Positions 28,107 through 37,544 of a DNA stretch of 64,000 nt are shown here, piece after piece (the stretch's first letter is position 1; the number at the start of each line of letters is the position of its first letter). The notes under the pieces were generated by a model. The model was not told where the DNA came from and searched no databases. It worked only from the letters and a program-made list of their open reading frames with translations. The DNA lies in assembly GCA_963719085.1 (NCBI GenBank), contig CAVRAL010000004.1, positions 672,001 through 736,000 of the forward strand, read 5' to 3'. The stretch comes from a candidate division FCPU426 bacterium. GTDB taxonomy: Bacteria; Oederibacteriota; Muellerivitia; Muellerivitales; Muellerivitaceae. The position numbers and the translations under genes are program-made.

Positions 28107-28976
28107 TCAGTCCTTTCGGGCGACTAATAGCAGGGATCCACCCCAAGGAAACCGCAGTCCCATTCGGATGAGAAAACGCTCCAAGGTTAAAACCTGTTCC
28201 AAGCCCCAACTGAGCGGGAGCGACAGCTTTAATTCGGCCGCGGGATCAAAATCGGCGCTTGGCTTTTGCTTGCGCCGCCTTGTGAGCCAAAGCACCGGCA
28301 AAAGCAGCCAAACAAAGCTGACCACCTCCACCACGCGAAAACCCGCGTTTTGGACTTTCTCGATCAATTCGTTTTTCTCATACCGGCGGAGATGGCCGCT
28401 GAATTCATCCACATAACTCCATAAAAAGGCGTGTTGCGGCACGGTGAGAAGAAGGCCGCCGCCTGGAATTAAAGCTTGGCGCGCCTCGGCCAAGACGGCT
28501 TCGTCCTGGGGGATGTGTTCCAGCGTGTCAAATAAGGCGATCATATCGAATTCATCCCGATAGGGAATATTTAAAGCGTCCATTTGAATGAGCGGTGAGC
28601 GGGCCAGGCGTTTGGCGGCGAATTCCAGGCCGCTGGCGTAAATTTCAGCGCCGCATAGTTCCATTTCGGGAAAATCTTTTTCGATTCGGGATAAAACGTA
28701 CCCGGTGCCGCATCCGATCTCCATCGATTTACCCTTGGAGGGGAACCACCGGCGCACCGCCCAAACGATCAGCTCGTTCCTGGCGCGGAACCAGAAATGT
28801 CCTTCTTCCAGGGGAGCCAAGCGTTGGAAACTGTCCGGCGGAAAATGCTCATTAAAGGCCGAGGATTCGGGAGCGAATGAAAGGATCCCGCCGATTCGGC
28901 CCGGCTGATAGCCGCAGGCGGGGCATTTCCACTCTTGTCCTGAAAAAGTCTGACGGCATGCCAGGCAAAATTTCAT
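28107..28976 (-). CDS. Class I SAM-dependent methyltransferase with an N-terminal Zn-ribbon
   Basis: CxxC...CxxC, HFWF..RN, EIGCGTG, DTLEHI, H.RRY. Confidence 0.88.
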   Translation of the reverse strand: MKFCLACRQTFSGQEWKCPACGYQPGRIGGILSFAPESSAFNEHFPPDSFQRLAPLEEGHFWFRARNELIVWAVRRWFPSKGKSMEIGCGTGYVLSRIEKDFPEMELCGAEIYASGLEFAAKRLARSPLIQMDALNIPYRDEFDMIALFDTLEHIPQDEAVLAEARQALIPGGGLLLTVPQHAFLWSYVDEFSGHLRRYEKNELIEKVQNAGFRVVEVVSFVWLLLPVLWLTRRRKQKPSADFDPAAELKLSLPLSWGLEQVLTLERFLIRMGLRFPWGGSLLLVARKD

Positions 28977-29141
28977 TTCGCACCCACCGCGGGAGTATGG
29001 GAAAACAAGCTTGGGAGAATCCTATATTCTCGTGAGTTTAACCCACCCTTGGGATCCCAGGATAGGCTCGAATTTTCTTCCCGACAAAATTCAAAAAAAC
29101 GCGAATTGCGGCGTTCTTCGTTCCTTCGCGTCGCCCAGGCG

Positions 29142-30611
29142 TTATCCATCCGCCTTCAGCTTTAGCCAAGTGGTTTTTTTCTCCGAATAAGCGTCGATCG
29201 CGTCCAAGGATTTTTCTTTACCGCCGTTCCCGGATTGCTTAAATCCCCCAAAAGGGGCCGTGAGATCATCCTCGCCATAGCAGTTCATATGGACGGTCCC
29301 GACCCGCAGATCCCTCGCCACCCGGTGCGCCCGGTTAATGTCATCGCACCAAACGGCGGCGGCCAGCCCGAAGAGGCTCGCGTTCGCCATTTCAACAGCC
29401 TCCCGTTCATCCTTCGCGGAAATAACGGACAGCACGGGGCCAAAGATTTCTTCTTGCGCGATCCGCATGTCATTTTTGACATCGGAAAAAATGGCCGGGG
29501 TCATATAAGCGCCCCCGGGAACCGGCTCCACGCTTTCGCCCCCGGCCAACAGGGAGGCCCCTTCTTTTCGGCCGAGGGAGACATAACCCAAGACTTTTTC
29601 CAATTGGGAATGATCCACCATCGCCCCGCTGGTCGTTGTTTCGTCCAAGGGGTCCGCCGGCTGATAAGCGGGGATCAAACTCAAGAGACGCCGGAGGACC
29701 TCTTCCCGAACGCCCGTTTCCACAATTAACCGCGAGGGTGCCGAACATATCTGGCCCTGATTGAAAAACATGTTCTTGGCCACCGCGCGCGCGGCGGCGT
29801 CAAGGTCGCCGCATTCCTTCAAAATAATGAAGGCGCTTTTACCTCCGCACTCCAGCGACACCCGCTTCATATTGGATTGGCCCGCGTCGATAAGGATTTC
29901 TTTCCCAACGCTGTTGGAGCCCGTAAAGAAAACACCATCCACCTCCGGATGCAGGGCCAGACATTTCCCCGTGACCTCGCCCCGGCCCGGAAGGATGCTC
30001 AACACGCCTTCCGGGATTCCCGCTTCCCGCGCCAAACGCCCGAGAAAAAGCGCGCTGAAAGTGGCCTGTTCGGCGGGCTTCAGGATTAACGAGTTTCCCG
30101 CGGCCAACGCGGGGCCGATCTTCCAAGCCACATTTTCCATCGGAAAATTCCATGGGGTGATGCCGGCCACTACCCCAATGGGTTCCCGGGTGATGGTAGC
30201 GATCGACTCGGGGCGGGGCGGGGCGCATTCGCCGTACAATTTATCCATGGCCTCCGCGTACCATCGGATGCATTTCACGGCCAGCGGGATATCGTTCGTG
30301 AGACAGTCCCGGATCGGTTTGCCCATGCTGAGCGTGTCCCGAAACGCCAACTCACGGGAATGGGCCTGGATGAGGTCGGCGAATTTGAAAAGAATCTCTT
30401 TTTTTTCGTCCGCCGTCTTGTCCCGCCAGATTTTGGACTCGAAAGCGCGGCGGGCCGCTTGAACCGCCTTTTCTATATCCCCCGGGGAGCAGGAGCGTAT
30501 CTCGGGCAGCGCCCTCCCATCCACCGGGCTGCGGCGGGCGACCACCTCGTCTCCGGAGGACTTGACGTAAGTTCCGCCCCAAAAAGCGAACGCGCCCTCG
30601 TCATCCTTCAT
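29142..30611 (-). CDS. Aldehyde dehydrogenase (PuuC-like subfamily)
   Basis: PWNFP, KPAEQ, FTGS, LECGGKS, NQGQIC (catalytic Cys), EEIFGP, PFGGFKQSG. Confidence 0.92.
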   Translation of the reverse strand: MKDDEGAFAFWGGTYVKSSGDEVVARRSPVDGRALPEIRSCSPGDIEKAVQAARRAFESKIWRDKTADEKKEILFKFADLIQAHSRELAFRDTLSMGKPIRDCLTNDIPLAVKCIRWYAEAMDKLYGECAPPRPESIATITREPIGVVAGITPWNFPMENVAWKIGPALAAGNSLILKPAEQATFSALFLGRLAREAGIPEGVLSILPGRGEVTGKCLALHPEVDGVFFTGSNSVGKEILIDAGQSNMKRVSLECGGKSAFIILKECGDLDAAARAVAKNMFFNQGQICSAPSRLIVETGVREEVLRRLLSLIPAYQPADPLDETTTSGAMVDHSQLEKVLGYVSLGRKEGASLLAGGESVEPVPGGAYMTPAIFSDVKNDMRIAQEEIFGPVLSVISAKDEREAVEMANASLFGLAAAVWCDDINRAHRVARDLRVGTVHMNCYGEDDLTAPFGGFKQSGNGGKEKSLDAIDAYSEKKTTWLKLKADG

Positions 30612-30621
30612 TGTGTGCGTG

Positions 30622-32076
30622 TTAATAGTCGCCTCCCTCGGGTTGGGACGATTCTAATTTTGAAATAACCGCCTGGCGAAGTTTTATCCTCTCGAGCTTT
30701 CCAACGAATGACCGGGGAAAATCCTTCATCATCACAATATGGTCGGGGCGCTCGTGCGGCGAAAGATTTTGCCGGCTGAAAATGGCCACCTGGGTGGACA
30801 CGTTGGACTGGCCCGCCGCCGGGATGACGCAGGCGACGATGGCCTCGCCCCAAAAGGGATGGGGAATCCCCACCACGGCCACCTCGTCCACTTCTTCCAT
30901 GACTTCCAGAACCGCTTCCACCCGGGCCGGCGAAATATTAACCCCGCCCCGAATGATAATGTCTTTTTTGCGGCCCGAGATCTGGATTTTTTCCTCGCTT
31001 CGCTTCGCCAAGTCGCCGGTGTCCATGTATCCCTTTTCATCAAAGGGGGAAATCAACCCGCCGTCTTGAAGGTAGCCTAGCATGGCAAAAGGCGACTTAA
31101 TCCACAAATCTTGGGCCGTTTCGCCCCGGAGGGATATCTCCAACCCGTCCAGCGGGACTCCCCAGTCGCTAAGATTTTCCGCGTCCTCTTTTTTTTGAAA
31201 AGTGAGCGGGCCGCCCAGTTCGGTCATGCCATAGCAATTCTGCAAAGGAAGCTGAAACAATTCCAAAAACTCTTCCTGCAAGGCCCTGGGAATGGGGGCC
31301 GAAGTGCACTGGACTTGCCCCACCCGCGAGCGGACCTCCTGGCGCGGGGAGCTCATTTTAGAGACCCGGCATAACGCCGCGGCGATGGTGGGGGTCAGGC
31401 TGAGCGTATTGATGCCCGTCTTGAGCGGCCGGGTTAAAAAATCGAGAATCGTGGCGGGGGAAAACATAGGACCCTCCACGATGGAGGCCCCGGCCATCAA
31501 AGGCGCGAAAAATGAATTGAGAATGCCGGCCATATAGGCCATGGGAAAAACGTGGTAAAGCCTGGTGCGCTCCGACATGTCCGTGAGATCGGCGAAAGCC
31601 TTGGCGCTTCCCAAGATGTTACGCAGACTGTGGCAAATCGCCTTCGGTTCGCCGGTCAGCCCTGAGGTAAACAAGATGAAAAACGGCTGGTTTGGGTCGA
31701 ACCCGAGGGAAAAATCCTCATCTGATCCGGAAGCCGGCGCGAAAAAAAGCGGGGGGACTTCTCGAACCACTAAGGCCGGCGAAACCAGGGACGAAAGTTT
31801 TCGGATAAGCTCCGGGTGGTGGCTGGGAGGAATGGGACAGGCGACAAACCCGCCGATGGCGCAGCTTAAATAACAGCAGGGAAGGGCGAAACTGTTCGGC
31901 AATAAAAAAACGATGACATCCCCCGGCTTGCAGCCCAAGCTTTTCCAATGGTCCGCCAGCGCTTTTGACATACGCCAGTAATCGGCATAGGTGAAGATTT
32001 TATCGTTGAGGTCGGTGAAAAGGGGGGCGTGCCGGCTGCGCGCGAAACGATCGGCGACCCACTGGATGGCGTTCAT
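30622..32076 (-). CDS. AMP-dependent acyl ligase (ANL superfamily)
   Basis: FTSGLTGEPK, YGMTE, TGDL, GRKKD.I.RGG.NI.P and a C-terminal GK. Confidence 0.9.
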   Translation of the reverse strand: MNAIQWVADRFARSRHAPLFTDLNDKIFTYADYWRMSKALADHWKSLGCKPGDVIVFLLPNSFALPCCYLSCAIGGFVACPIPPSHHPELIRKLSSLVSPALVVREVPPLFFAPASGSDEDFSLGFDPNQPFFILFTSGLTGEPKAICHSLRNILGSAKAFADLTDMSERTRLYHVFPMAYMAGILNSFFAPLMAGASIVEGPMFSPATILDFLTRPLKTGINTLSLTPTIAAALCRVSKMSSPRQEVRSRVGQVQCTSAPIPRALQEEFLELFQLPLQNCYGMTELGGPLTFQKKEDAENLSDWGVPLDGLEISLRGETAQDLWIKSPFAMLGYLQDGGLISPFDEKGYMDTGDLAKRSEEKIQISGRKKDIIIRGGVNISPARVEAVLEVMEEVDEVAVVGIPHPFWGEAIVACVIPAAGQSNVSTQVAIFSRQNLSPHERPDHIVMMKDFPRSFVGKLERIKLRQAVISKLESSQPEGGDY

Positions 32077-32315
32077 TTCTTTATCTTTTTGTCGATGATC
32101 CCGGCGAAGTCGTCAATGGTGCTGAAAGCGTTTTGGCGTAAATCGTGATCGTTAAAAGCGATCGAGAAATGTTTCTCGGTTTCCTCGACGAGCTCAATGA
32201 TTCCAAAGGAGTCGATGAGCCCATCGTCATAAAGCCTTGAGTCGGCCTTAATCGCCAAGCCCGGATTGCGCTTTTGAAGCCATCGAACCAGCCAACGCTT
32301 CGTTTCGTTTTCCAT
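32073..32315 (-). CDS. Acyl carrier protein
   Basis: 80-aa protein with the GLIDSFG phosphopantetheine site; ATGA-coupled to the ligase. Confidence 0.88.
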   Translation of the reverse strand: MENETKRWLVRWLQKRNPGLAIKADSRLYDDGLIDSFGIIELVEETEKHFSIAFNDHDLRQNAFSTIDDFAGIIDKKIKK

Positions 32316-32318
32316 CGT

Positions 32319-33491
32319 TCAAATAAAGAAATCGAAATCGTCGACCAAATCGGTCGGCATTTGCCCCTTGATCATTTCTTCCAGGGCCAAATTCGAGTCA
32401 TTGCGGATACAGTGCATTCGGCAATCCACCGAAGGATTGAGTTTTTCCATCACGCCGGCCCGGCTTTTTCCCGCCCACATGTCTTGGAAGGAAGAGTCCA
32501 TCACATCACCGATTTTTTTATCGGCTCTTCCCCTGAAATAAGGGCAGACATAAACGCCCGAGGGGGTCACCAAGGTGCGCAGTTGAGAAACGGCGCAGCG
32601 CGTGTAGCTTTTGGGTTCCACGTTCGGCTCTCCATTCAAAACCGCTTTCAGCTTGAGCGCCTGTAGGATCCGAAATTTTCCGTCCTCCAGCTCGAGGGCC
32701 TTGGTGATAAGCGTTTTGGCCTCTTCGACAAATTCCTGTTTTTGACCGATGGAATAGTGATTAATGTCATACATGGGTTTAATCTCAAAATAATCACAAC
32801 CGATCTCCTTGGCTAATTGGGCCGCGATGTAAACCTCGGAGATGTTTGAAAAGGGGGTTTGCGGGACTGGATTGGAGGGGTCAAATTTGCCTTCGGAATA
32901 AATCATGAAGGAATAGCCCAGCTTGCCCTTCTTGGCGGCTGCCAGAGCCCTCATGTTCTTGACCGCCCGGTCGAATTCGGATTTATTGGCGTGATTGGGC
33001 CGGATCCGCCTAAAGGTTTCCGAAGTTCCGGCGTCCATCGACACCCGGGTCCAATCCATATAGGGAGCGATAACATCCAAATGTTTATCGATCAAAAGGC
33101 CGTTCGTCGTCAGGCCCAGTTTCACGTTATTTTTCCCGAAATATTCGATCACCCAGCCGATTTCAGAATGGGCCAAAGGTTCCCCGCCGCCGATCAGGAC
33201 GACCGCCTTGACGCCCGCATCCACCATCTCACGGACTAAGTCCCGGACGCGGTCTTTTGAAAAGGACTTTTGGTTCAGTAAGTCGCGGCTGATGCAGTCC
33301 GGGCAGGCCAAGTTACAGGCGGTGGTAGGGTCAAATTCGACGACCCAGGGCGCCTCCGACCCTTTTTTCCAGTCAATATCCCGTAAATGCTTCACGATGG
33401 AACGCTGGTGGAGCTTGTACTTTAGGTTCAGTTGATGCGCCGAGAAGGCCGGAGACGCTTCCGTATGGCTTGGTGTGTTTTCGTGGGGCAT
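32319..33491 (-). CDS. Radical SAM enzyme with Twitch/SPASM-type C-terminus
   Basis: CNLACPDC, GGGEP, TTNG, RVSMDA; four C-terminal Cys (RC...VYVCP...DCRMHC). Confidence 0.9.
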   Translation of the reverse strand: MPHENTPSHTEASPAFSAHQLNLKYKLHQRSIVKHLRDIDWKKGSEAPWVVEFDPTTACNLACPDCISRDLLNQKSFSKDRVRDLVREMVDAGVKAVVLIGGGEPLAHSEIGWVIEYFGKNNVKLGLTTNGLLIDKHLDVIAPYMDWTRVSMDAGTSETFRRIRPNHANKSEFDRAVKNMRALAAAKKGKLGYSFMIYSEGKFDPSNPVPQTPFSNISEVYIAAQLAKEIGCDYFEIKPMYDINHYSIGQKQEFVEEAKTLITKALELEDGKFRILQALKLKAVLNGEPNVEPKSYTRCAVSQLRTLVTPSGVYVCPYFRGRADKKIGDVMDSSFQDMWAGKSRAGVMEKLNPSVDCRMHCIRNDSNLALEEMIKGQMPTDLVDDFDFFI

Positions 33492-33492
33492 T

Positions 33493-34431
33493 TCAGGAAT
33501 TCCTGTGGATCTGTTTTATAACAGTATAGGGCCGTTCGGTCACTTCCTCTAAAACTTTCTTAAGGTAAAGACCGATCACCCCCAGGGATAGCATGAGAAT
33601 GCCCCCCACCGCCCAAATCGACGCGATTAGGCTTGTCCAGCCGGGGGAAATCGACCTTACCCACCATTCATAAAGGACCCAAGTAAAAATACACGCGGAG
33701 AGCAAAAACACGCAGAGTCCGCACCAAAAAATCAAGGAAAGCGGCGCGGTCGAGAATGAAACCATTGAATTGATCACCAGCTGAAGTTTCCGGCGCAGGG
33801 TATAAGTCGTCTGTGAGTGACTTACTTTCGTCACAAGATAAGGGACTTGTCGGAACCCCACTTGTTCGTACAGCCCCCCCAAAAATAACGCCCGGTCTCG
33901 GTGCGCCAGCAGGGCGTTGACGTAGCGCCTGGTCATCAGCCTGGCGGTAACGTGGTTTTCAGGCATTTTGATTTGCGCGAAAAAATTAAAGACTTTATAA
34001 AAAAGCGCTCCCCCAAGACGTTCCAAAAAACCGCCTTTTCTGGTTTTCTGTACGCCATAGACAACGTCGATATCAGAATGAGCTTTCAATTCTTTATGGA
34101 AGTCGACCACCCATTCGGGCCCCTCTTCCAGATCCACTTCGATCAAAAAAACATAATCGCCCTTTGTCTGGTCCATGCCGGTCATCATGGCCTTGTGTTG
34201 GCCGAAATTTTTAGACAGGTCGATAATCACGATATGGGGGTTCTTCTGTTGGACCCTCACGGCCTTTTCAAGGGCATCGTCCGGAGAGCCGTCGTTCACC
34301 AAGATAATTTCATACCGATTGGTTATTTTTTTCGCGGCCCCGGCCATCCGGCGGCAGAACTCATCAATGTAGGGACCCGAGTGATAAAGCGATGTCACCA
34401 CGGAAAGAATGGGCTTTCGGGAAGGGATCAT
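33493..34431 (-). CDS. GT2 polyprenol-phosphate glycosyltransferase (GtrB/ArnC type)
   Basis: LVNDGSPD, LSKNFGQHKA..TG, EVDLEE, two C-terminal TM helices and RP.Y. Confidence 0.9.
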   Translation of the reverse strand: MIPSRKPILSVVTSLYHSGPYIDEFCRRMAGAAKKITNRYEIILVNDGSPDDALEKAVRVQQKNPHIVIIDLSKNFGQHKAMMTGMDQTKGDYVFLIEVDLEEGPEWVVDFHKELKAHSDIDVVYGVQKTRKGGFLERLGGALFYKVFNFFAQIKMPENHVTARLMTRRYVNALLAHRDRALFLGGLYEQVGFRQVPYLVTKVSHSQTTYTLRRKLQLVINSMVSFSTAPLSLIFWCGLCVFLLSACIFTWVLYEWWVRSISPGWTSLIASIWAVGGILMLSLGVIGLYLKKVLEEVTERPYTVIKQIHRNS

Positions 34432-34940
34432 CGGGATGGAGCCGTTCGTGTGGACAGGGTAATGAGCCCCATCCCCCGATTGACGATAATTGATCCCGCC
34501 TTGATGGATCCGTTGACCACGCTATTGCAGCCTAGGCTGACCTGTTTCCCAATTTTAGATCCCGGCATGAGGGTCGACCCCGAACCAACAATACTATGGT
34601 CTCCAATAGAAACATTTCCGGTCAATTTTAAATTTTCCCCAAGGGTTTGTTTTGAATAATCGGCGGATTTCGTAAAAACACTGACGTGGGTGGAAAGGCC
34701 TGAATGGGGGCCCATCCGAATGGTCCCGCCCGTGCCGCCTAAAAAACAAAAGGGGGAAATGTGAATGTTCCGCCCCAAAATAACGCGGCCGGTCAAGATA
34801 CTATAAGCGTCAATCCGGGCTCCCGAGCCCAATTCGCCCTTAATTGAGAAAAACCGCGCGTCCCTGGAAACGAGGACGCCTTTCCCAACGAACTTGAAAC
34901 CCAAATCCAAAAGCTCTTCCCTGCTATAAGTATCGAACAT
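34428..34940 (-). CDS. Hexapeptide-repeat (LbH) acyltransferase
   Basis: Y..EEL..LGFK.VG..V..SR.A N-terminus typical of sugar N/O-acyltransferases, followed by hexapeptide repeats. Confidence 0.85.
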   Translation of the reverse strand: MFDTYSREELLDLGFKFVGKGVLVSRDARFFSIKGELGSGARIDAYSILTGRVILGRNIHISPFCFLGGTGGTIRMGPHSGLSTHVSVFTKSADYSKQTLGENLKLTGNVSIGDHSIVGSGSTLMPGSKIGKQVSLGCNSVVNGSIKAGSIIVNRGMGLITLSTRTAPSR

Positions 34941-35096
34941 GAATCTCCGTTGATTGAGGATGCATAGGGACCTCTTTTTTGATTTCTCGTTGGTCCTCGA
35001 TTGGTAATTGGTTTAAATTATAACATGCTTCCGAAAGATCCCAAACAGAGGCGCTGAACCTCATTTCAAAAACGGGCGGATGGCGGCGTTTATTTT

Positions 35097-37178
35097 TTGT
35101 GGCCCCAAGCGGGTAACCTGGGTTTTCAAAGGGAGAACGGGATTATTTTGAAAAAGCCATCCCTGGGAAATGAGGAAAAAAAACTTCTCAAAACCCATCA
35201 CTATTTGATCCTTTTCCTTTCCTCAAATTTAATTTTAGACTACCTTCCCGTTTCAATCGCCGCGAAACTCTGGGTCTTGCTATTAGGGGTCTTGCTTCCT
35301 TTAGGCATCGGCCTATTTCAAAACCAATTTCGAGCCGCTTCCCGAATTCCCCTGGGCTCCGGGGAAATTTTTCCCGCTCCGTCTCGATGGGTTTGGTGGA
35401 TCCCCTGCCTTTTGGCCGTTTTAGTCCGCCTGGCCAATCTCGGAGGGGCTTGGGGCTGGCCCTCGGGCGACCAGTCCCTCACAGGGATGATCGCCGTGGA
35501 GCTAACCCAAAAATGGAATTGGAATCTCTTTCAAACTTTCGGCCAAATCCCGACTTTTTACAGCCGCTTCGTCTACGGACTGCTTCAAGTCACCCATCTT
35601 CCTCTTTTTAGTCTTTATTTCCCCAACGCCCTTTTTTCGATCCTGGCCTTAGGGATCGGCTGGAAAGCCGCGAGGCAATATTTTTCAACCTCGTTTAGCC
35701 TCTTATTAATTTTTTTATTTTTCTTCGACGCTCTTTCCTTACGGTTCAACCGATTGGCCTATCCCATCGGGCCTTTGATGCTTTGGGAGCTGGCCGTTCT
35801 TTATTCCTTGGGACGCTTATTGAAAACGGGCAAAACCGCCTCCCCGGTCCAAGCTTTCCTTTTGGGGGCCCTTTGTGGCTGCGGGCCCTACATGGGCCCC
35901 CAATGGCCGGTTTTATGGCTGTGGGTGTTGGGAGTTTTGGCGCTCACCAAAAAGAAAATCCCGCTTCGGGCCTGGCTCGCTTTAGGCCTATCCACTGTCC
36001 TTTTTCTTTCGCCTTTTATCTTCTCGATTCTCGGAAATACCTTCGGTGGTCATATCTCAAAAATCGCCGTCTGGAGCGGTTTTATCTCTTGGGCGGACCA
36101 ATGGCGGACCTGGGCGGCATACCTCCAAATACTTTTGGGCCCCGGATGCGGGGATTCTTATACTCCAAGTTCCCAGGGTTTTTACAACTTTATCCTTGTG
36201 GCTTTTTTTTATGTGGGCCTGCTGGAGGGTCTTCGTTGGATCCGCTTCCCCCTGATCTGGGCCATTGGGTTTGGGTTCTTTCTTGCGATGCTTCCAGGGC
36301 TTCTAACGATCAATGCGGAAGGCTTCCGGATGGCCCTGGTCGTTCCTTTTTTTATGGTATTCACCGGGTGGGGGATCCAAGCTTTTTTGGCCGAGTTTCC
36401 CAAGACCCAAAGGATTCGAGTTCTTTTTTTAGTTCTGGGTCTTTCGGCGCTTTTGAATGTGGACGATTTTTTTCAGCTTCACCAGAGACTTTTTCGGGTT
36501 CCGGGCGCCTGGATCCAAACTGAACAACAAATAAGCTATAAGCTTCTAAACCCCCTAGCGAAGGATCAAGGGCCGGGAAATGTTTTTTGGGGATGGGGTC
36601 CTGAAATCCGGGACTTTTCGCTGGCTTACGCCAGCTATCCTTTTAATGCCGCCGAAAATTCCCGATGGGATGGACAAAAAACCAGTTGGACGGCGCTGCT
36701 CACCCAATCTCACTATCTGCCCTGGCTGCAAAAAAGATTCCCACAAAGCCAATGGAATCAGATCATGATTCCAGGCAAAGGATGGGCCCCCCTTGCCATC
36801 GGCCTCTTTCCCGACCTTCCCGGCACCGAAGCCCAGATGGATCAATGGAAAGCCTTTAATTATTGGATGCAATCTCTCGATCTAAAAATCATGGATCAGT
36901 CGAACGGTGTTTCCCGGCGCGCCATCCTGGAAGAAATGCTCGCCTTTTATCCTCACGTCCCTTCCGATCCTTATCTACAATCTTGTTTTTTCGAGAAACT
37001 GGCCTTTAATTATTCCTGTGAGCAGGCTTTTCATCCCGAAGACACGTGGGTCTGTTGGGCGAATTTTTCCGATGTGTTTCAAAACTCATTTAACCGTGGA
37101 ATCCAAGACGCGGAATTAAAAGATCAGTTTTGGAAGCTAACCCAATCCGACGCGCCCCCTGCCCAGAAAGATCCTTAG
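35097..37178 (+). CDS. Multi-pass membrane protein, GT-C (ArnT/PMT-like) glycosyltransferase
   Basis: About 12 hydrophobic helices, an R...L......DQ early loop and a soluble C-terminal domain; start uncertain. Confidence 0.65.
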   Translation: MWPQAGNLGFQRENGIILKKPSLGNEEKKLLKTHHYLILFLSSNLILDYLPVSIAAKLWVLLLGVLLPLGIGLFQNQFRAASRIPLGSGEIFPAPSRWVWWIPCLLAVLVRLANLGGAWGWPSGDQSLTGMIAVELTQKWNWNLFQTFGQIPTFYSRFVYGLLQVTHLPLFSLYFPNALFSILALGIGWKAARQYFSTSFSLLLIFLFFFDALSLRFNRLAYPIGPLMLWELAVLYSLGRLLKTGKTASPVQAFLLGALCGCGPYMGPQWPVLWLWVLGVLALTKKKIPLRAWLALGLSTVLFLSPFIFSILGNTFGGHISKIAVWSGFISWADQWRTWAAYLQILLGPGCGDSYTPSSQGFYNFILVAFFYVGLLEGLRWIRFPLIWAIGFGFFLAMLPGLLTINAEGFRMALVVPFFMVFTGWGIQAFLAEFPKTQRIRVLFLVLGLSALLNVDDFFQLHQRLFRVPGAWIQTEQQISYKLLNPLAKDQGPGNVFWGWGPEIRDFSLAYASYPFNAAENSRWDGQKTSWTALLTQSHYLPWLQKRFPQSQWNQIMIPGKGWAPLAIGLFPDLPGTEAQMDQWKAFNYWMQSLDLKIMDQSNGVSRRAILEEMLAFYPHVPSDPYLQSCFFEKLAFNYSCEQAFHPEDTWVCWANFSDVFQNSFNRGIQDAELKDQFWKLTQSDAPPAQKDP

Positions 37179-37181
37179 CCT

Positions 37182-37532
37182 ATGCCCTCGGATTTTCTCA
37201 ATAATAACCTGGCCGCCCAATGCGAAAAGCTGGCGGGGGAAATCAATAAAGTTTATCAAAGACTGGAATGGGCTTTAAAAAATGAGGTCGTTCAGCGCTT
37301 GAAACGCCAGGTCCACCAATTGGCGCAAGCGGTCAGGGCCGCGCAGGACAGTTCCAGCCCCCAGGCCACGGGCAAAAATCTTGAAAATGCCCTGGGGCTG
37401 GTTCACGAATTGGTTCCGTTGCTCGATCTCGCCTTAAGAAAAAACCTGGTCTCGCCTGAGCTAAAAAAAAGATGGGTTTCTGAATTAAACCGGCTGGGCC
37501 CCCTGTTGGAGGAATGGAACAGGAGCTGTTAA
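37182..37532 (+). CDS. Divergent four-helix-bundle protein (IVP/Avd-like fold)
   Basis: 116-aa all-helical protein with spacing like the 23S rRNA IVP family (..A.G...E....L.LA....); the NIAEG signature is absent. Confidence 0.55.
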   Translation: MPSDFLNNNLAAQCEKLAGEINKVYQRLEWALKNEVVQRLKRQVHQLAQAVRAAQDSSSPQATGKNLENALGLVHELVPLLDLALRKNLVSPELKKRWVSELNRLGPLLEEWNRSC

Positions 37533-37544
37533 AAAAAACGCGGC

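Noticed and set aside
37182..37532. Diversity-generating retroelement (Avd)
   Set aside because: No reverse transcriptase or TR/VR repeat pair seen.
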